Shown here: positions 41,453 through 49,013 of the stretch, piece by piece
Layout of the letters: each line of letters begins with the position of its first letter
Position numbering within the stretch: position 1 is the first letter of the stretch
Origin: an uncultured Atopobium sp.
GTDB lineage: Bacteria; Actinomycetota; Coriobacteriia; Coriobacteriales; Atopobiaceae
Direction: 5' to 3'
Assembly: GCA_946999785.1 (NCBI GenBank)
Contig: CAMQEO010000001.1
Coordinates: 1 to 51,629, forward strand
DNA length: 51,629 nucleotides
Made by a program: the position numbers and the translations under genes
Notes under the pieces: model-generated
The model's database searches: none
What the model was told of the DNA's origin: nothing
The model's input: only the letters and a program-made list of their open reading frames with translations

Positions 41453-41536
41453 TTGGATTTTACGTGCATATATGTGGGGTATATGCACGATAAAAAGGGA
41501 TATGTATGTTTTTATACATTGAAAGGAGGAGCAAAG

Positions 41537-42337
41537 ATGGAATATTCAATTATTCAGGTTATATTGGTCTTTTTGGTAACGTTTGTTGCCGCAATCGACC
41601 AATTTAGTTTCCTTGAGTCACTGTATCAGCCGTTGGTTACTGGTCTTGTTATCGGCCTTATCTTGGGCGATGTTCAAACTGGTCTGATTGTCGGTGGTAC
41701 GTATCAGTTAATGACAATCGGAAACATGCCAATCGGAGGTGCACAACCACCTAATGCTGTAGTAGGTGGTATTATGGCGGCAGTTATTGCTATTTCTTTG
41801 CATCTCGATCCAAATATCGCAGTTGCAACTGCAATTCCATTCTCTCTGCTCGGTCAATACGGCGTTACGTTGATCTTTACGCTTATGTCCCCACTCATGA
41901 GTAAGGCAGATCAATATGCTCACGATGCCAATCCACAAGGTATTGTTAATCTTAACTACCTTTCAATGGGTCTTTTAGGCCTGGTATTTGGTATTGTTGT
42001 TACCCTGTTCTTTGTTGGTGGCGCAACGGTTGGTCAGTCTGTTGTAGATTCAATACCACAATGGTTAAGCAATGGTTTGAGCGCCGCTGGCGGTATGATG
42101 CGCTTTGTTGGTTTTGCAATCCTTCTTAAGTTCATGATGACCAAAGATATGTGGGGATTCTACTTCCTTGGCTTTGGTCTTGCACTTATCGTTACCAACA
42201 TTGCTGTTCTTGCAACACCTGCTCTGCTTATTCTTGCCCTTATTGGTTTTGGTATTGCATATTGGGATTATCAACAAAATACCGAGCTTAAAGGTAGTGT
42301 TGTTGTAAATGCGGGAGGTGAAGAAGATGGCATCTAA
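41537..42337 (+). CDS. agaW: Mannose-family PTS EIIC
   Basis: QPLVTG, IGGAQPPN, multiple TM segments; ATG 41537 after AAAGGAGG. Confidence 0.88.
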   Translation: MEYSIIQVILVFLVTFVAAIDQFSFLESLYQPLVTGLVIGLILGDVQTGLIVGGTYQLMTIGNMPIGGAQPPNAVVGGIMAAVIAISLHLDPNIAVATAIPFSLLGQYGVTLIFTLMSPLMSKADQYAHDANPQGIVNLNYLSMGLLGLVFGIVVTLFFVGGATVGQSVVDSIPQWLSNGLSAAGGMMRFVGFAILLKFMMTKDMWGFYFLGFGLALIVTNIAVLATPALLILALIGFGIAYWDYQQNTELKGSVVVNAGGEEDGI

Positions 42338-43394
42338 TGAGCAAACAAGCTATAAAAATTTGAACGAGGGCGCACAGCTTGATCAAGCTACCCTTAACAA
42401 AATGGCATGGCGTTCATGCTTCTTGCAAGCATCGTTTAACTACGAGCGTATGCAGGCTGCAGGTTGGCTTTACTCTATCTTGCCCGGTTTGGAAAAGATC
42501 CACACCGATAAAGATGACCTTGCTACTTCTATGACCCACAACATGGAGTTCTTCAACATTCATCCATTTTTGGTAACGTTTGCAATGGGTGTGATTCTTT
42601 CCATGGAGCAAAAGAAGGTTGATATTCCTACCATCCGTGCGGTCCGTGTATCACTTATGGGACCTCTTGGTGGTATTGGTGATGCCTTGTTCTGGATGAC
42701 GCTTGTTCCTATTACTGCAGGTATTTGCTCTAATATGGCAATTAGCGGTAGTATCTTTGGCCCTATTTTATTCCTGCTTATCTTTAACATTGTTCAATTT
42801 GCGCTTCGTTTTGGCCTTATGAACTGGTCGTATAAGATGGGAACACAGGCCATTGATTCTCTGATGGCTAACATGAAGGCATTTACCCGTGCAGCTTCTA
42901 TTTTGGGTGTATTTGTTGTTGGTTGCTTAACGGTTGCTATGGGCGGAACGCAAATTAAGCTTTCGGTACCTAATGGTTCAACTCAGTCATACGTTGCGCA
43001 TGTTGCCGTTGTTAAAACCGACGAAGTTAAAAGCTTTGACGTCATTAAAAAGACCGACGAAGGCGTTACGCTTTCGGGTACTAAAGATGCAGCTGGCAAG
43101 CCTCTTAAAACAGTTGACGACAAAGGCCAAACCGTTGTTGCTGGTGCTAAAGATCTTGGAAATGGCATGAGCGAAGTTACCTACATGGAAATGGTTCAAA
43201 AACCGGTCAATGTTGATATCGCTAAGGTACTTGATAGCATTTGTCCTAAGCTTGTTCCATTAGCTATTGTTATGCTTTTGTATTATTTATTTGCACGTCG
43301 TCGCTTTACTCCTATGAAGGGTATCATTCTCGTTTTGATTATTGGTATCCTAGGTGCAGGACCATTTGGTATGTGGCCAAGTATTTGGGGTTAA
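42327..43394 (+). CDS. agaE: Mannose-family PTS EIID with a large loop insertion
   Basis: QASFNYERMQ, FFNIHP, MGPLGGIGD, LDSICPKLVPL; ATG 42327 after GGAGGTG. Confidence 0.9.
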   Translation: MASNEQTSYKNLNEGAQLDQATLNKMAWRSCFLQASFNYERMQAAGWLYSILPGLEKIHTDKDDLATSMTHNMEFFNIHPFLVTFAMGVILSMEQKKVDIPTIRAVRVSLMGPLGGIGDALFWMTLVPITAGICSNMAISGSIFGPILFLLIFNIVQFALRFGLMNWSYKMGTQAIDSLMANMKAFTRAASILGVFVVGCLTVAMGGTQIKLSVPNGSTQSYVAHVAVVKTDEVKSFDVIKKTDEGVTLSGTKDAAGKPLKTVDDKGQTVVAGAKDLGNGMSEVTYMEMVQKPVNVDIAKVLDSICPKLVPLAIVMLLYYLFARRRFTPMKGIILVLIIGILGAGPFGMWPSIWG

Positions 43395-43412
43395 TTTCGT
43401 GCTAAGCATTTC

Positions 43413-43450
43413 AAAGGCGTGCGGTGCCTTGCACACTGCACGCCTTTTTT
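43413..43450 (+). terminator. Intrinsic terminator after EIID
   Basis: AAAGGCGTGCGGTG-ccttgca-CACTGCACGCCTTTTTT. Confidence 0.85.
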
Positions 43451-43463
43451 ATAGGGGGCATAT

Positions 43464-44195
43464 ATGACCGCTACAAGTAAAAAGCAGCCTTTGTATCAAC
43501 AACTGGTTGATACTTTGCGCGAACAAATTGATAACGATATGACACCTGGCGCTCTTTTGCCCTCCGAACGCGAACTTGCTTCTAAATATGGCTTATCGCG
43601 CACAACGGTAAGGCTTGCGTTAGACGAACTTGAAGGATACGGCATAGTGGTACGTCGACATGGAAAGGGAACATTTGTTTCTGAGTTTTCGAGTCATGCA
43701 GCCAATCTGATTTCGGCATACAGTTTTACCGAACAAATGAAAGAGCTTGGTCGTGTTCCTTCTACCAAAATTTTGAGTTTTGACGTCATAAAAGCAACGC
43801 GCAATGTTGCCGAAAACATTCATATTCCCCTAAACAGTGATGTATATGTTATTAATCGTTTGCGCCTTGCAGACGGAGTTCCCATGATGGTAGGTGCAAC
43901 GTATTTACCCGTTTCGCTTTTCCCAAATATTAACTTAAACTTGTTGACCGATAAACCCTTGTACGATGTGCTTGAAGAGCATTTTAATCAGCATATTGTT
44001 GTTGCAAATGAAGAGTGTTTTGCAAGCACAAGTCGCATGGATGAAGCGGCGTTTTTGAACATTGGCGAAGGTGTTCCCGTATTAAGAATTTGGCGTACCA
44101 CCTATAATGACAAGCATCAAATTATTGAGTATACCAGAAGCGTTGCACGTGGTGACAGCTTTAAATACGTTGTATCTCACGTGCGAAATAAATAA
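43464..44195 (+). CDS. GntR/HutC-family regulator (wHTH plus UTRA), probable repressor of the aga operon
   Basis: PLYQQL, LPSERELASKYGLSRTTVRLAL, HGKGTFV, SFTEQM. Confidence 0.92.
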   Translation: MTATSKKQPLYQQLVDTLREQIDNDMTPGALLPSERELASKYGLSRTTVRLALDELEGYGIVVRRHGKGTFVSEFSSHAANLISAYSFTEQMKELGRVPSTKILSFDVIKATRNVAENIHIPLNSDVYVINRLRLADGVPMMVGATYLPVSLFPNINLNLLTDKPLYDVLEEHFNQHIVVANEECFASTSRMDEAAFLNIGEGVPVLRIWRTTYNDKHQIIEYTRSVARGDSFKYVVSHVRNK

Positions 44196-44242
44196 GTAAG
44201 TAAAACCATATGAGCGTATGCTCAAGAAAGAAGGCGGATGGC

Positions 44243-45412
44243 ATGTTTAAAAAATCATCTGAGGAATTAACACAGCTAGGTGCGCATATTACAACTCATG
44301 AGATTTTTCAGCAAAGTGATTTATGGAAACAAACCTATGACGTGTATACGCAGCACAAACAGGAGATAGCCACATTTTTGAACGGTGTCGTTGCGGGCAA
44401 AGGAAACCACGAGGCTGTTCGCGTTATGTTTGCAGGTGCTGGGACTTCGGCTTATGTGGGAGATACGCTTGTACCGTATTTACGTCGCTCGGCGCAAACG
44501 TCTCCCTATGAGTTTTGTGCACGCGCTACAACCGATATTGTGTCTGCCCCTTATGATTTTATTCGCCCCGATGAACCTACGCTGTTTGTTTCGTTTGCCC
44601 GTTCGGGCAATAGTCCCGAGAGCTTGGCAGCTATCGAGCGTGTAGAACAGATCGCAACCAATGTTCATTTTCTTAATATAACCTGTGCTCCCGAGGGTAA
44701 ACTTGCAGTGCAAAGTGCAAACGATCCAAATGCATATACCGTGTTGCTTCCGTTTGCAAATGATCAAGGCTTTGCGATGACAGGTAGCTTTACCTGCATG
44801 TTATTGCTTGCTGCACTTATTTTTGATCCCTTAGAGGATGCTCGCAAACAAGAGCTTGTTGAGCAAATTGCTCAACTTGGTAAAAATATTACCGATCGCG
44901 AGGAAGAAATCTGTAAATTCTTACAAGACGACTTTACGCGTATCACCTATTTGGGTTCAGGAGCCTTAGGAGCTCTTACACGCGAAGCGCAACTTAAAAT
45001 TCTTGAGCTTACTGCTGGAAAAATTGCAACTTCGTTTGATACCTCAATGGGTTATCGTCATGGACCAAAGTCTTTTGTTGATGCACACACGCTGGTATTT
45101 GATTTTGTTTCAAACGATTCTTATACGCGTCAATATGACCTTGATATTCTTAACGAAATTGCAGGCGACGATATTGCACTTCACACGGTTGCCATTCAGC
45201 AGCTTCAAACCAGCAATTTTGAGGGCGAATCGTTTAACCTCAGCGCGCAGGAAGCACTGCCCGAACTTTATCTTGCTTTGCCGTATATTTTGGTTGCTCA
45301 GACAATTGCGCTTAATACATCTGTTAAAGTTAACAATACCCCCGATACACCTTCTCCTTCTGGTACGGTTAATCGTGTGGTCAAAGGTGTAACTATTCAC
45401 CCTCTGTCATAG
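44243..45412 (+). CDS. agaS: Galactosamine-6-phosphate deaminase/isomerase AgaS (double SIS domain)
   Basis: GAGTSAYVG, SFARSGNSPES, FAMTGSFT, RHGPKS, PSPSGTVNRVVKGV. Confidence 0.92.
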   Translation: MFKKSSEELTQLGAHITTHEIFQQSDLWKQTYDVYTQHKQEIATFLNGVVAGKGNHEAVRVMFAGAGTSAYVGDTLVPYLRRSAQTSPYEFCARATTDIVSAPYDFIRPDEPTLFVSFARSGNSPESLAAIERVEQIATNVHFLNITCAPEGKLAVQSANDPNAYTVLLPFANDQGFAMTGSFTCMLLLAALIFDPLEDARKQELVEQIAQLGKNITDREEEICKFLQDDFTRITYLGSGALGALTREAQLKILELTAGKIATSFDTSMGYRHGPKSFVDAHTLVFDFVSNDSYTRQYDLDILNEIAGDDIALHTVAIQQLQTSNFEGESFNLSAQEALPELYLALPYILVAQTIALNTSVKVNNTPDTPSPSGTVNRVVKGVTIHPLS

Positions 45413-45520
45413 CTCGCGCGTGAATATAAATCAACGTTCAGCTAAAGTTTGTATACGTGGTGAGATGTGTGTAAGCATATGCGTATGGAGTTTTGAATCA
45501 AATAGAAGAGGTAAACAGCA

Positions 45521-46702
45521 ATGTATGCGGTACAAGTTGGAAAAATTGTTCTTCCCGGACGCGTTGAAACTCACGGGTATCTTCTGATCGACAAGGGTGA
45601 ATTTATAGGCTTTGCCCATGAGAAGCCTTCAGAAGATATAAACGTTGTGGACAGATCAACGTATTGGGTAGCACCTGGATATGTAGATACACACATTCAT
45701 GGTTTTATAGGACACGACGTTATGGACGCTAACGCCAAAGGTTTAGACGAGGCGTCTCGTGCCTTGGTAAAATTTGGTACTACTACTTGGGTACCAACTA
45801 CGCTTACACAAACGGTTGAGCAAATTGGTCGTGCGTGTGAAAGTGTATATGAGGCACGCTCAAATCGTTCAGATGATTTTGTGGGTGCGCGCATTGAAGG
45901 AATCTTTTTGGAAGGGCCGTTCTTTACCGAAAAACATAAAGGTGCGCAAAATCCTGCGCATATGATTGACCCCAACATCGAAATTCTTGAAGGTTGGCAA
46001 AAACGCGCGCATGGTTTGATTTGCAGAACTGGTCTTGCACCCGAGCGAAGTGGTGCCGCGCGTTATTGTGCGCAAGCTCGTGACTTAGGCGTTGTTTGCG
46101 CACTTGGACATTCAGACGCAACTAGCGCAGAAGGTTTTGCGTGCATAGAAGCTGGCGCTACAACATTCATACATGTGTATAACGGTATGAGCGGTCTTCA
46201 TCATAGAAATCCAGGCTTAGTTGCGTGCGCCATGGCGTCGAGTGACACCTATGGTGAGCTTATTTGCGATGGCATGCATATTGTACCTGACGCATTAACT
46301 GCATTTGTTAAAGCAAAAGGTTGGGAACATACACCCCTTGTTACCGATTGCTTGCGTTGTGGTGGTATGCCCGAGGGCAACTATATGTTAGGAGATTTTC
46401 CTATTCGTATGCAGGATAATCTTGCTCGTCTTGTTATGCCAGACGGCTCCTTAGGAAGCATTGCAGGCTCGGTACTTACCCTTAATCAAGCAGTTAAAAA
46501 TGTTGTTGACTGGAATATTGTAACCGCTGAGCAGGCAATACGTATGGCAACAGAAGTTGCAGCTCAGGCGTCGGGTATTGATGATGTGTGTGGACAAATT
46601 TTACCAGGCCGCCATGCAGACTTTAATATCCTTGACAACAACCTCAATGTTGTGGAAACATATTTATCAGGTGCTTGTGTACAAACATCGTCACAGTTGT
46701 AA
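45521..46702 (+). CDS. nagA: N-acetylhexosamine-6-phosphate deacetylase (NagA/AgaA)
   Basis: PGYVDTHIHG, LEGPF, GHSDA, HVYNGM, ICDGMH, VTDC, IAGS. Confidence 0.93.
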   Translation: MYAVQVGKIVLPGRVETHGYLLIDKGEFIGFAHEKPSEDINVVDRSTYWVAPGYVDTHIHGFIGHDVMDANAKGLDEASRALVKFGTTTWVPTTLTQTVEQIGRACESVYEARSNRSDDFVGARIEGIFLEGPFFTEKHKGAQNPAHMIDPNIEILEGWQKRAHGLICRTGLAPERSGAARYCAQARDLGVVCALGHSDATSAEGFACIEAGATTFIHVYNGMSGLHHRNPGLVACAMASSDTYGELICDGMHIVPDALTAFVKAKGWEHTPLVTDCLRCGGMPEGNYMLGDFPIRMQDNLARLVMPDGSLGSIAGSVLTLNQAVKNVVDWNIVTAEQAIRMATEVAAQASGIDDVCGQILPGRHADFNILDNNLNVVETYLSGACVQTSSQL

Positions 46703-46725
46703 TATGCAAAGTTTTGGATGAGTAT

Positions 46726-47538
46726 ATGATTAAATTAATTCTTTCGGATATTGATGGCACGCTTTTGCCTTTTGGCGCCCATGTTGTGAGCGAGCGTACC
46801 AGACGTGCTATCGCATTGGCAAACGAAGCAGGAATTGTATGCGGTCCGTGTACAGGCCGTGTATATGGACAACTACCTCCCTTGTTTGCCAATGAAAGTG
46901 CTTGCACAGAAAGTGCAGTTGCAACTAATGGCTCACAGGTTTTTTTGCGTGGCAAAAAAATCGAAGAAATTATTATTCCCTATGAGCTTCTTTGCGCGCT
47001 TAAAAGCGAAGTTGAGCGTATTCCGCACTGTGGTATGTTGGTGTTTAAGGATACAACTCCTTATTTAGTTGCAGGAAAACGCGAGGATTTGGGCCTTCAT
47101 TTTCCTTCATATGCAGATATATGTATTCCAGTGTCTCAGATGCCAACGCACCCCGTGGTAAAAACAAATGTATTCATGGCCGAGCCCGAGCAAGGTACGC
47201 GCGCTGTTATAGATCATCTTAATAGCTGCGTAGATGGTCTTGATTTTGACTATCCGCGTGTTGGCTTTTCTAATGTTATGCTGAGCGGTCATAATAAAGC
47301 TACAGGTATTGACACCATGGTCAAGGCGCTTGGTATTAGCTACGACGAAGTAGTTGTTTTTGGTGACGCAGGTAACGACCTCACCATGTTTTCAAAAGTA
47401 CCTGCTTCTGTTGCCGTTGCAGGTGCAACTCCAGAAGCTGCAGCTGCCGCGCGTTATCACATCGGTGCGTGCGAAGACGATAGCGTTGCATGTGCAATTG
47501 AAATGCTTGCACAAAATATTTGGCCCTTTTCTTCCTAA
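46726..47538 (+). CDS. Cof-type HAD phosphatase
   Basis: SDIDGTL, CTGR, TNGS, NKATG, FGDAGND; ATG 46726. Confidence 0.9.
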   Translation: MIKLILSDIDGTLLPFGAHVVSERTRRAIALANEAGIVCGPCTGRVYGQLPPLFANESACTESAVATNGSQVFLRGKKIEEIIIPYELLCALKSEVERIPHCGMLVFKDTTPYLVAGKREDLGLHFPSYADICIPVSQMPTHPVVKTNVFMAEPEQGTRAVIDHLNSCVDGLDFDYPRVGFSNVMLSGHNKATGIDTMVKALGISYDEVVVFGDAGNDLTMFSKVPASVAVAGATPEAAAAARYHIGACEDDSVACAIEMLAQNIWPFSS

Positions 47539-47559
47539 GCTGTGCTATGATTCATACAT

Positions 47560-47832
47560 ATGCAATGACGGAGAGGGTATGCCTTTGCCATTCGGTCGGT
47601 GTAGTTAAGAGATAAAATCCTTGGCTGAAAGATTTTACGTCATCGAGGCATGCGTTCACTCTATCAGCAGCTATCTGAAAGCTTTTGAGTTTTGTATAAA
47701 GCAAGTAGGTGCGCCGTTTTCTCACGAAACGAGATTTTAAGTGGGCAAAACAAAGTTATACGTTTTGCCAAACAAGGTGGTACCGCGGAATATTATCCGT
47801 CCTTGTGTTTGATACACGAGGGCGGTTTTTTT
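47560..47832 (+). ncRNA. Phe-specific T-box riboswitch (transcription attenuator) in the pheST leader
   Basis: Extended -10 TGcTATGAT (47543-47551); AGAGA (47608) and GGCTGAAA (47623) stem I motifs; specifier TTC at 47655-47657; T-box AAGGTGGTACCGCG (47774-47787); terminator CCGTCCTTGTGT...ACACGAGGGCGG-T7 (47797-47832). Confidence 0.92.
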
Positions 47833-47905
47833 ATATAGAAGTTCGTTTTATACACAAAGTTGTATGGATTTCTAACTATGTGTACAGTTTGAAAGGGGAG
47901 CTTAT

Positions 47906-48973
47906 ATGTCAATGGCAGAAAGCCTTGAAGCTATTCAACACGAAGTAGAACAAGGCCTTGCACAAGCGTCTTCTCCAGAAGAGATCGAAGCTATTCGCGT
48001 ACAAGTTTTGGGTAAAAAAGGCTCGCTTACGGCAGTTATGCACATGATGGGTAGCGTGAGTAAAGAAGAACGTCCTCATATGGGAAAGCTTGCAAACGAT
48101 GTGCGCGAACAGGTAACAAGCCTTATTGCCAAGCGTAAAAGTGAGCTTATGGATGCGTGCATGCTCAAACAGTTTGAATCCCAAAAAGTAGACATAACGC
48201 TTCCGGGGCGTGCATATCCAAAAGGCACGCAACATTTGATCTCATCTATTCGCGAAGAAATTGAGGATATTTTTACGGGTCTTGGATACACGGTAGAAGA
48301 TGGCCCTTATGTTGAAACCACGTATTATAACTTTACTGCACTTAACGCTCCTGAAGATCATCCCTCACGTAGTGCAAAAGATACCTTCTATTTGGTAGAT
48401 CGTGCACCCGAAGGAAAAGAACATCATGTTTTGGGTGAGTCCGATGTTTTACTGAGAACTCAAACATCAGGAGTGCAGGTACACGTAATGGAACATACCA
48501 AGCCTCCTATTTATATGATTTGCCCAGGTACCGTATTTCGTCCCGATACAGCAGACGCCAATCATCTTCCACAATTTACGCAGGTAGAAGGTCTTGTTGT
48601 TGATAAGGGAATTACGTTTGGCGACTTAAAAGGTACGCTTGATTATTTTTGCAAAGAGATTTTTGGAAAAGACAGAAAAACGCGGTATCGTCCACACTTT
48701 TTCCCATTTACCGAGCCAAGCTGCGAAGTTGATGTATCTTGTGGTGTTTGCAAAGGTAGTGGGTGCCGTTTTTGTAAATATACGGGTTGGTTAGAGATTT
48801 TGGGTTGCGGTCTTGTAGACCCCAACGTCTTTGGATATGTAGGTATTGATCCCGAGGTATATTCTGGTTTTGCCTTTGGTATTGGTGTTGAGCGTGTTGC
48901 TGCACTGCGCTACGATTTGCCAGACTTACGTATGCTCATGGCAGGCGACATGCGCTTCTTGCGCCAATTTTAA
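47906..48973 (+). CDS. pheS: Phenylalanyl-tRNA synthetase alpha subunit
   Basis: HPSR...DTFY, LRTQTS, FPFTEPS, GFAFGIGVER, DMRFLRQF. Confidence 0.98.
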   Translation: MSMAESLEAIQHEVEQGLAQASSPEEIEAIRVQVLGKKGSLTAVMHMMGSVSKEERPHMGKLANDVREQVTSLIAKRKSELMDACMLKQFESQKVDITLPGRAYPKGTQHLISSIREEIEDIFTGLGYTVEDGPYVETTYYNFTALNAPEDHPSRSAKDTFYLVDRAPEGKEHHVLGESDVLLRTQTSGVQVHVMEHTKPPIYMICPGTVFRPDTADANHLPQFTQVEGLVVDKGITFGDLKGTLDYFCKEIFGKDRKTRYRPHFFPFTEPSCEVDVSCGVCKGSGCRFCKYTGWLEILGCGLVDPNVFGYVGIDPEVYSGFAFGIGVERVAALRYDLPDLRMLMAGDMRFLRQF

Positions 48974-49013
48974 CATCATCTAATACAACTGCTGTTACGT
49001 TGAAAGGTTTATA

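Noticed and set aside
47709..47948. 79-aa ORF upstream of pheS
   Set aside because: It overlaps the T-box antiterminator and terminator; this is non-coding leader.
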